Assembly: GCA_963662655.2 (NCBI GenBank)
Contig: CAXXTU010000002.1
Span: 1,088,001-1,152,000, forward strand
Length of the DNA stretch: 64,000 nt
From: Candidatus Cloacimonadales bacterium
GTDB lineage: Bacteria > Cloacimonadota > Cloacimonadia > Cloacimonadales > JAIOQZ01
Reading direction: 5' to 3'
The notes beneath the pieces were generated by a model. The model was not told where the DNA came from. It saw nothing but the letters and a program-made list of their open reading frames with translations, and ran no database searches. Positions within the stretch are counted from its first letter, which is position 1. Every line of letters begins with the position of its first letter. Both the position numbers and the translations under genes were made by a program. Positions 1 to 10,800 of the stretch are shown piece after piece.

Positions 1-1590
1 ACCGACGTACGCTTGATCGGGACGATTGATATAAAGATTGTCGATTACATGATCCTGCCCATTGTAGCAGCCTGAAAACGCGGTCGTGTTGCTGCCGATC
101 GGGCTCCATCCGGCGCCGTCGTTCAGGTCGGCGCTCTCGTCGGCGTCGATATCCTCGGTCTGGATGAACCAGGCGTCCCATGCCGTTGAATAGGAGCTCA
201 TCCACATCAGATCGTCGAAATCGGCGATTTGTAAAGGAGAAGCTTCCGTTCCGAGTCCGAGAATCCCTGTATCGCCCACGTTGTAACGGGTGATTGCCGA
301 CACTGGGATTTCGAGTGTAGGATTGTCGATCGCGTTGGAGGAGATCACGAGGGTGTCGTTGAAATCGCCGATCGTGTTCTTTGCGAAGCTGACTGTTATC
401 GCAACCGATCCGCCGGGGGTAACCGTACAGGGGAGCGCAACGCCTGAGCGGGAGAATCCCTGTCCGCCCACGGCGAAGCTTATGCTTTTGATCAGCAGAA
501 AATCCACGCCGGTGTTGGAGATCGTCAGGCTGCCCGAGATCGATGTCTCGTTGTAGTGATAGGTACCCAGATCGAGCGAGGCGGGGTTTGCGGAAATAAA
601 TACCGAGTAGGTTTGCCAGCTCAGGTAAGGGTAGCCGCTATTGTTTCCGCCATCGATGCTCCAGTAGTCGTTGGAGCCATTGGCGGTTTCTCCAGTGAAA
701 TCCCAGCCTGCTTCCGTGTAGGTGGATTTCGTTTTCATCAGGGTCGTGATCTTCCCGGTTCCTCCGGCGCTGGCGCTCTGGCCGCTGGTCTGCGTGTCCC
801 AGAAACTGGTTGCGACGCTGGCATTGTTGTAACCGACGAGGCCGCCCGTGTTCGTGCTGCCGCCGACAGAACCCACGGAATAGCTATCCTGGATGTCTCC
901 GCCGGGTAAATTTCCGCCCACCAGTCCACCAACATAAGAAGTGCCCGATACGATGCCGGTGGCGTAGCAATTGTACAGCGTGCTGGAGTTATTTCCGGCG
1001 AATCCGCCGATATAGCTTGAACCATCAGCCGCACAGGCGCTGTAGCAGCAGGACGCTTCGCCTCGTTTATCGCCGATCAGGCCGCCGACAACGTTATTGC
1101 CTGCGACGCTTCCCGTAGCGCAGCAATTTGTAACGGTTCCGCCGAGGAAATTGCCGATCAGTGCACCTACGGAGTTGTAAGCTTGAATATTCACATCGAG
1201 GAGAATGAGGTTCGAAATCGTCGCACCGGAGATATAACCGAAGAATCCCTGGCTGTTCCCAGCGGGACGGTTGATGGTGAGGCCGCTGATCGAATGTCCC
1301 TGCCCGTCGTAGGAGCCCTCGAAATACTCGTGATCGCTGGAAGAATTGCGATACCCCAGCGGCATCCAGCCTGTACCGCTGTTCCAGGCGCTCGTCGCAC
1401 CCGCATCGATGTCGGCGATTTGAACGAACCATTTATTCCAGACGCTTTCGTTCTCGTCTACCCACTGGAGGTTATCGAGCGAAGCTATTTGATATGGTGC
1501 GGTTTCTGTACCGCTGCCTGTTGGCTGAACTGCCGTCGCGGACAGCATCGCGCAGCCGATAAGCATAACGAAAAGCAGGATTTTTTTCAT
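1..1590 (-). CDS. Secreted GLUG-motif protein with an Ig-like (choice-of-anchor D/ASH-type) domain; 3' end lies outside the window
   Basis: Not in the ORF track because its stop is off-window. Manual translation from ATG 1590 gives MKKILLFVMLIGCAMLSATAVQPTGSGTETAPYQIASLDNL..., with repeated VGGLVG/GGLIG motifs and a second 'GLGTEASPLQIADFDDL' unit. The frame stays open to base 1. Confidence 0.8.
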   Translation of the reverse strand, partial: MKKILLFVMLIGCAMLSATAVQPTGSGTETAPYQIASLDNLQWVDENESVWNKWFVQIADIDAGATSAWNSGTGWMPLGYRNSSSDHEYFEGSYDGQGHSISGLTINRPAGNSQGFFGYISGATISNLILLDVNIQAYNSVGALIGNFLGGTVTNCCATGSVAGNNVVGGLIGDKRGEASCCYSACAADGSSYIGGFAGNNSSTLYNCYATGIVSGTSYVGGLVGGNLPGGDIQDSYSVGSVGGSTNTGGLVGYNNASVATSFWDTQTSGQSASAGGTGKITTLMKTKSTYTEAGWDFTGETANGSNDYWSIDGGNNSGYPYLSWQTYSVFISANPASLDLGTYHYNETSISGSLTISNTGVDFLLIKSISFAVGGQGFSRSGVALPCTVTPGGSVAITVSFAKNTIGDFNDTLVISSNAIDNPTLEIPVSAITRYNVGDTGILGLGTEASPLQIADFDDLMWMSSYSTAWDAWFIQTEDIDADESADLNDGAGWSPIGSNTTAFSGCYNGQDHVIDNLYINRPDQAYVG

Positions 1591-1828
1591 TACTTGTCTC
1601 CACGGAAAAAAATATTGGTATTTGTAAAGTCGCAGACGCATTTTATGTCAACACTTTTATATACAGTATAACAGCCCTTCGATATTCAACATGAAGCTCC
1701 CTTCTCTCAGTTTTATCAATCACATCGCGCTGCCGCTTTCCATGAAGCCGCAGCAACGATTTATCAATCGGACTATCACGCTGACATATAACATGATAAA
1801 TGCAATTGCACCGATATTTTCGAGAACA

Positions 1829-1850
1829 GCCCCGCTTGGGGAAACGGGGC
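1829..1850 (-). terminator. Probable terminator hairpin after the 3240-aa gene
   Basis: GCCCCG...CGGGGC stem about 30 bp past the stop codon; weak U-tract. Confidence 0.45.
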
Positions 1851-1880
1851 CATTCTCTGGCAAATGAACGAGGAATCGTG

Positions 1881-4800
1881 TTATTCTTTTCTTGCACCGT
1901 CCTTGCTGTCAGAAAACTTGATCGATCTCGCCCTAACGCTTCCTTCTGTATCCGATGTGACACGAAAGAATCTCATACCATCTTCAGGCAGCGCAATTGT
2001 CCAGCGCACACCTCCGCTTCGCTCCTGCGTGAAGACGCCATCGCCACTCACATCGTTCCACGATCCATCGGGGAAAACGGATTGATATACATGATAGGTT
2101 TCGGCTCCTTCGACGGCATCCCAGGAAATCATTACATTATCTGAAACCACCTGAATCCGTACATTTTGAGGAGGCCGCAAGCTGGCTGATTCCGCATGGA
2201 ACACATAGGGGGCCAGCGGATTACCGAGCGCCTGATTGCTGATGAAAACGATGGATTCTTCTGCTGTATAGACCTCTTCCAGATCTGGATCGTAGATTCG
2301 ATAGCGGATGGTTTCTCCGATCGCGTTCGAATACTGGGTCAGGAAGAAGGTCCACTGGCCCATGACCTCCACGAGCGAAGCAACGCCGCGGCATTCGTCA
2401 CCGCAGAAGGCTCCGAGAACGAGATTCTGGCTGTTCTGAACCTCATCGTCGATCGCGACGACTGCGGTGATATTGGATGAGTATTCGTAATCGAGCGGAT
2501 CAACCTCCCATCCGGCGATTTCCCGCGGCGAATGAACATGATTCTGCACCGATTGTTCCAGTGCATCCTGGCCGCGCGTGATCGAATAGTCCGGGTAGTA
2601 GAATGAGCCGCTTCCTACAGTCTTCAACATGTAACCTTCGCCCGGATTCATGAACAGCAGCGATCCGTACCAGCCGTACCCTTCGATGTACTGCGAATAC
2701 CCAGTCTGATTCTTGATCAGGTCACCCGATACGGGATTTGGCAAGCCTGCCAGCGCCTCATTCACGCTTATGCTCAGATGCGGCAGATAGCCGATCCAGT
2801 TCCAGCCACTACAGTAAGCGATCGCGGTGGCCTGCGGATCATCGAGTAGCCCGTCGATTTGCAGGTCACTTTGTTGCGCCAGCTTGATCTTGAACATCTG
2901 CGTCGTCTCGATGCTCGACAATGAACCGACCCAGCCGGTTCCTTCTACGTATTGAGCATACTCGGTCTGGCTCTTGATCAGGTCGTTTTGAGCGGGGCTA
3001 AGCGATGAGAGGATGTCGTTCAGTTGCATCGACGTCTCGTTATCGAGGTTTATCGAGAACCAGGTCCACCCGCGGTGGCAGTCTATTGATTTGTAAAGCT
3101 CCGGGCAGACATCGAGCACGACCGGCGTCAGTGATGTCCCGTACACTGCGCCTGAGAGAAACAGGTACTGCTGCTCGATGCCGAAGTGCTCTTTGTTCTC
3201 GGAGGAATCCCAAGTGCGGAAGTAGATCGTATCGCCATACTCTTCGTCGCTGTGCACGGTCAGGAAGAACTGGTACGCGTCATCGACGAACGGCACGTGA
3301 TGAATACTCGCGAATCCGCGGCATTGATACGCGCCGCCCTGATCGAGTACGAACACCCCGATAATATCGTTCGTGTCGGTGGAAATCTCTTCATCGATGT
3401 TCAATTGTCCGGTGATGGTCATCGAGTATTCAAAATTGCTCAAAGGCGTCGAGGCCCATGCCGGTGGATTGGCGAGCACGCCGATCTCGAATACGAGCGG
3501 TTCCCTGCCCAGTCCTGGAATATCGGCATAAATCGTGTCCCGGAAGGTTCCGTAACCGAGCTGTTCATTGACGGTAAATGTCAGGCTCTGGCTGTCCAGC
3601 GGATATAGCTGGCCGCTTTCGACATCCACTGTCAGCCACTCTGGCAAGTCTTCGATGGTAAAGGAGGATGTTTGCCCGCCGCTATTGATCAATTGCATAT
3701 CGATTTCCATCTCGTCGCCCAGAGGCTTGATCGCCTCGATTTTGCTCTGCGACCACCCAACCGGATTCGCGTTAACGAAGAACTCCCACGTAATTGCTTC
3801 TTCCAGTGGATTGCCATAGAGGTCCGTGATGCCTTCCACGCTGGCTTGCACGAGATGATTCTCCATCCACCAGAGCATGTCTGACGCTGGCGTGAGCACG
3901 ATCTCGTTATTGAACACACTGAAATCGCAAGCAAGCGGCATGAAGTTGTCGAGGATCGTCAGGCGGATATCGTCCGGATCGATACCAACCGGATCGATCG
4001 CTTCCGTGAGAGATAGCAGAATTTGATCGCCCTGCGACAGGATGCCGTCCTGTGGCTGCGGCGAGGTGAACAAAGCCGGTGAGATGCGGTCGATGTAACC
4101 TGATACCGGCGTGCAGTAGTAGTTCTCGGTCTGCACGGCATCTGTGGCTCCGGCACGGATTTCATACGCGCCGTCCGAAAGCTCGCTTGCATCCCACGGA
4201 ACCTGGATGTAGTATGGATAATCAGCCAGGACGGAATCGGGAATGACGGCAGCGGTTATCCAGTCCCGGTTACTGGTCTTTTTGTATTGCAGAAGAAGCG
4301 ATTCGAGATATGGTTTCTCGATATCGTAGCCGGCCAGAATCACATTCAGCGTATCGTTGTTGGACTGGTTAATGATCCAGTCGTCGTTCGGGAACTGGAT
4401 ATCAACCCGGCTGTAGGGTGGTTCCCAGTGCACATCGAAGTATTTGTACACGTAGAAGTAATGACCATCCGGGCCATCGTTTCCGCGATCGCCGGGCGCG
4501 TAGAATTCCAACGCCAGGTCTTCGTAGTCGTATTCGTATGGGCCCCGATCAACCGTCATCACCGCCTGCACGGCACTACTTGGCGGGATATCGAACGCCA
4601 TCTGCTCTTCAAGCGGGACACCGTTGATCTTCACCGTCGCACCGCCGGGATTACTGTCGTGGTGCATGGTCAGGTAGTATCGGCGGTATTCTTCGCTCTG
4701 GCTTGTGTTTTGCAGGCTGAGCAGGAATACCGCTTGATCGCCATCCTCCAGACCCGATTGGGCATACGTATTCGCGGTGAGGTTCACACCATCGCGCGGT

Positions 4801-7800
4801 AGTGTGTTCGGTTCCCAGCGGTTGGAAGACGCGCCGGCGATTGTCTCGAACACCGGCGTTCCGTACACCGGGTCCATCTTGATATCGACGGTGAAGTAGT
4901 CGGAGAGGTAGTTCAGGGAGCTTGTCTCGTCGTCATCGGCGAGGACGAAGGTGGTTGTGGTACTCATCTCGTTTTCGGTAGCGATCGATTGCCCGATCGT
5001 CACGCCGGTCTCGAACGAGAATCCGCCCGTGTCTCCCATACCGTTCACCGTGAAGCCGAATTCCATACCGAATTCTTCCGATACAGTGGTCGTGAAAAAG
5101 AACGTCTGGGCTTCGGTCGAGGCACAGGTTTCCTCGTAGGTGTATCCAGCGCCGGCATTGAACGATACGTTGGCAGGATGGTTGGGATTCGCCACTGCGT
5201 TTTCGATGTTGTCCTCGTTCATATCGAGATACGATTGCCAAAGCGCGGCAGATGTGGTGTCGCCGATCGCGATGAGGTTGGGGATCACGCTGAGCCGTAT
5301 CTGACTCTCGGTGTACATGTAGATAGTGTCGAAGCCATTGGGGGAAACCATCACGCCCTGTGTGAGATCCACGGAACTGGACGAATCGTTCCATGCGACT
5401 TCCTTGGTGATGCCCCATACAAGGTTTACTGCTCCGCCGACGAAGAGGTCCGATTCCAGCCCGATGAGCTGGTTGTCCGGTGAAGTGTTGTATTCTTCGG
5501 TGGTAGAGAAGGTGTATTGGGTTTCCGTATCGCATCCCATACCCAGCTCGACGGTAACCGACTGTCCGATATCAAACGTCGCGTCTATCTCGGTTTCGAT
5601 GCTGTAGAACAATCCTGTGTCGAAGGAGAAGTCCGGGCCCATGTGCATGGTCTGATGCTGGTTATTGGCCATGGTCATTTCGGCTGAGACGGACATCGAC
5701 ACGCTGGCGCTGCTGGTCTGACTGAAGGAACTGTAGCTGCAATCTCCGGGAGGATCGTGCAGCACGAGGAACGGCAGTTCTGGCGAAGTCGTCGCGAAGG
5801 TGCTTTCCATTGGGCGAGTCCCCTCCGTCAGCACCCAGTCGGTCTGCGTCGCATAGCGATCCAGTTCGGTGTCGTGCACGGTAAATTCGAGCATGTTCTG
5901 ATGCCTGCGATTGCCATCGACAATGATATTGGGTAGATAAGGTGCAAAGGTGTAAGCGTAGTAGTTTTCGCCGTCGAAGTTGTCATCCGTTTCGCCCTGC
6001 GTTCCCACCTCGTCGGTTATCTGGATGTCGCAGTCAGTAATATACGTTACGAAAGCGGGACTTCCGGCTGCACGGTAGTCTTCGAATGCACGGACCCTCA
6101 CGCTGCACCACTCGTTCTGCGGCAATACGTAGAAACCGTAATCCTCTTCCACATCATCGTCCATGTACTTGATGTCGAGCGATGTAGGCCAGATCACCTC
6201 GATGGAGAGGTCGTTGTGCCACACGATACTGACGGTGTCCGGCGCGGTCTCGGTGTATCGCAGATCGACATTGACCGTGCCGATATCCTCGAAGCTCGGC
6301 AGCACGCCAAGCCCGAAAGGATCATCCGTGGGATCGGCGGTCGCGGTGAGGCTATAGTTCAGCGGCGGGACATTGGTGATGGCGACGATTCCGCCACCCC
6401 AAGGAAGGTTGGTCTCTTCCTGCGTGTAACGATCGCCCATTTCCCGAAGCAGGACATCGAACGATCCGATCGGATAACCTTCGTCGCCGCCCACGATGCG
6501 CAAAGCGAAGCTGACCTTCTCGATGTCCCAGAAGTTGATGCCGGTACGCGGATAGGTCACCGTGCCCAGTTCCCAGACGCGGTCGAATTCATGCTCCTCG
6601 AACGATACGCTGAGCGTTGCTTCGGTTCCATGCTCCAGATCCATGGTAAATTCACCATCTTCATCGACCAGCGTCGGCGGAACGGTCGGCGAACCGTTCA
6701 ACAGTACCGAAGCGCCCTCCACCGGCACTTGCGTATCGATATACCGTACGATCCCCGAAACGCTGATCATGGAGTTGTCGGTAAAATCGACGTCGTTCTG
6801 GCTGATGTTGCTATTACTGAGGGTGACCAACCTTTGCTCGGGCTGGAAGTTGTGACCCGCCTTGGTCGGCGTGACCGTGAAGGTTGTCGCGGAGCCGTAG
6901 CTCAACTGCGAGATTGCATAATCGCCCCACACGTCCGTAATGGCTCCGGGCACGATGCCCGGTTCGTCGTCCGACCATGTTCCGCTGGAAAAAGTTCCGA
7001 CATGGCTGTAGTTGGTGCCGTCGAACACATGATCTCCGGCGCCTTCGTTCATCGGCCAGTAACCGATCAGACCCGGCTCGGTCCAGGGCAGGATCAGGTT
7101 GCGCTGTAAATCGATAATAGACTGCGTTCTGGCGACATCGAAGAAACGCAGTTCATCGATCGAGCCATCCACACCGACGTACAGATCGTTCTCGAAAAAA
7201 GATGTGATACCCACAGCCTCATCAATGACTTCCTCTGCGTCGATATAGAGCGTTAGAAGGGGCTGGGAGGCGTCGTAAACGACCGCGAGATGATGCCACT
7301 GACCATCGACGATGGACGCCGTTGTGTCGGGCTGCTCCAGCAACGCCGTGATATTCATGGTCGTCGTATCGACCTGGACAAACCGGAGATAATCATCCCA
7401 CATTTCAGCGTTGACGGCGAGCCCGATGTCCTGATACAGGATGGAGAAATTTGCTGTGGATAGTTTCACCCAGATTTCCCATGTGAAATCCTGGCTGGTA
7501 TCCAACCCGGGATCGTCGATTACAAGCTCGCTACCCAGATCGAGGCATTTTCCCTGTGCCGGCGACGCGGAAACGATCACCTCACTGACGGGGTTGTCAT
7601 TCGGCGTGCAGATATTGCCGGTGATGATGCCGTTGGGCTTCATATAGCCGTAGTCGCTGTCGGACGATGAGGATTCGGCTCCTGCATACGCGACTACGGT
7701 GTATTCGTAAAACTCACCTGGATTTGCGGTGTAGTCGGCATAAGAACGGGCGTCAGATGTGATCGATTGGAGCTGTACGTTGTTGCGGTAAACGCGGAAG

Positions 7801-10800
7801 CCGGTCAGCGGCTGGTAGTCGGAATCGAATTCCCATTCCAGATATACATAACCATTGTAGTTGTTGTTACCGTCGGACGCGGTCATATTCCACGGCGTCA
7901 TCATACCCTGGAATTCGTATGCACCCATATCAACGCGATTCGATACGCTCTGAGCGTGTTCGTAGATGCGCGGATTGCCGATGTAGTCGATATCGGGAAG
8001 ATCGAGAAATCCGCCGTCGATGAATCCGGCATTGAGGCAAGGCGATGTGCCGGTAAGCTGGTATGGATTGACGCCACTACCCAAGAATTGCGGATCGTCG
8101 CTGATGTTGCCCGATCCTTCCGCGCCGCCTTCCACACAGCAATAGCGAATATCCATGTTTCCGGAGACTGGAGATTCACCGTTGTCCCAGATGATGCAGC
8201 TCCCGATGTCCGGCTCGGCGGTTCCCGATGTGCGGATTGCGCTTCCCAGCGGTGCCTCGCTGAAGAGAATATCGAGGTTATAAAGCCCCGGATCGCCGTC
8301 GACGATATAGAACGCACCGCCGGAAACGGTTGCTTCGCTGTACAGAACAAGCCCGCCCAGGATGTTGGCATAGCTTTCGTGGATATACGCAGTGCCGCCA
8401 TTTTCCGCGTTGCCGTTAAGCAGCATGCAGTTCTTGATCGTAAGATTGTCGTAACCGTCAATGCAGAGGTTACCGCCATGAGGCTTGAATGGGTTATCGT
8501 CGTTACCGTTCCAGATGTTGATGAATTCGGCGTAGCTGCTGTCTGCCGAATTTCCGAAGTAGATACCGCCCCATCCGGCATCTTCCGATGATTCATTGAA
8601 GGTGATCTTCTGATAAAGCGTTCCGTTCGCCTGGAGCGATCCGTAAATCCCTAGGAGCGCATCGGAAGTGAACCGCAGCGTTGTGGAGGGATTGACCGTC
8701 AGCGTGTATCCCTGCGCGATCGCGATGGGGACGTTGATGGTCACCTGACCGCTGAGTGTGATATCCTGCGGGATGAGGCCGCGTCCGGTCTGCTCTTCGT
8801 AAGCGCCGATATCGGCGGCGTTCAGGATGGTATCGATGGTTGAATTGATATTCGATTGGCTCGCAAGCGAACGCGGATTGCCGAGGAAATCGGTATCCAG
8901 AAGGCCGTCATACACCTCGCCGCGATTGATACAGGGCGAGGTATCGGAGATTTGATAGGGCTTGCTTCCTGAGGTGAAGTCGGGGTCGAGATCGAAGCAG
9001 TCAGTGTAAGATCCATTGAAATCAGCAATCCCGTCACCCCCGAAGCCTTCGAATCCACCCTCGATATCGCAATGCCGGAAATCGGGATGCCAGGCGGATG
9101 CATCGAGATAGACCTGCTCGCCGCTGGGAGCTTCGTTGCCACGGATGATCGTGTTGACGATACTGCAATCGCAGACAATGTTGACATGAAGTCCTCCCCC
9201 ACTGATGGTCGCTTCGTTATCGACGATGGTATTGTTCCAGAGGTTCTCCGATCGCTGGTAACACATGTAGATTCCACCACCGTATTCCGCTTCGTTCTCG
9301 TAGATTACATTATCCTGCACAATCGGATAGAACCATGTATCGCTCATGTTCTGGAAGCCTATACCTCCGCCATATTGCGCCTCATTGTGGCAAATTTCGT
9401 TTCTGTGGATAACGATATCCTGATAATCGACGCCATGCAGACCGATTCCGCCGCCGCTCTCTGTCGCGTAGTTGAACCCGATGTAGTTGTTTCGAATTAC
9501 GGGAGAGTATTGAATATCCGGTTGTTCGCTATTGTAGGTGAAACTGGCGATACCTCCGCCGAGACCGTTCGAGAAGTTGTTCACGATGCGGCAGTTTTCG
9601 ACATGACAGTGCGATTCGCCGAAGCAGATCGCGCCGCCCTGGGTGATGACTTGATTGAAGCCCTGGTCATGAAGCACTTTGTTGTAACTAAAGACGCTGC
9701 CGGTGACCATGCATTCCGAAAGATCGTTGATCCACAGAGCGCCGCCTCTGTAGTAGGCATAGTTATAGCTGAATCGAGAGTTGGAAATCCGCCAGCCGCC
9801 GCTGCTGTTGATGAACATCGCGCCACCGCAGAATCGTTCGTTGTCGTCGTCGCCGAGTTGTGCGACTGCCTTGCCGTGATCCAGGATACAGTGATCGAAG
9901 ATTGTAGAATCCTGACCCGTGGCGATATTGAGGGTAATACCCGCCCAGCTCCCGTCCGGCGCAATCGGGTAGGAACCGGATATATTGTGAAATCCTGTCG
10001 TGTCCGCGATGGTGAAGCGTATGGAGTCGGCTTCGGTTCCGAGCGCCTGCAACGCGCCTTGAACCAGAATTCCGTAGTGATCGTGGAAGGTCACCGTGGT
10101 TCCCGGTAGCAGGTTCATCGTCTCGCCGGCGGGAATGGTGAGGTCGTCCCAAACGGTTATATTTGTCGAGGTTATCTCCTGATCTTCATCGTATGTTCCA
10201 CCGAGATAGAATCCTCCGATCGGGCAGGTCGATTCCAGATCGGGCGTTTCACTGGAAACCTGTACGCAGACGGCGTTGAAGGGTCCCGCCAGATTGTAAA
10301 CAGGTCGATGGATCACCTCATCGAAGGTGTAATTTGCCAGCAGGTTTGATTCCGGGGCTGTCAGCGAGACATGTCGGTTGTCCCAAATTTCGGATGCTGT
10401 CCGGGCGGTCTCCCAAATCCTCACCTCGTCGATATAGCCCTCGAAAATCCGTGAGGATCCGGCTTTGGAACCAATTGAGCCGAGGGGACTGCCATCGGAA
10501 TCTTTGATCGAAGCGCCCTGAGCCTGCGTGCTGCTGTTCATGATGACGCCATTGATATAAAGGGAGCTGGTTCCGCCAGTATCGACGACCAGCGCTACGT
10601 GATACCACCGCTCGGGATTCAGCCCATCCCAGGAAAGTGTCATCGTCTCGGTCGATCCGCTGCGATCCAGCGTCGCCTGCCCATACACTGTCGTATTGTT
10701 GGTATAAATCTCGAATTCTCCGTGGTCGCCGTGATAGAGGATCGTGCGGTTGGATGATTCCATATCCTCGGGATAAAACCACGCCTCCGCGGTGATTGCA

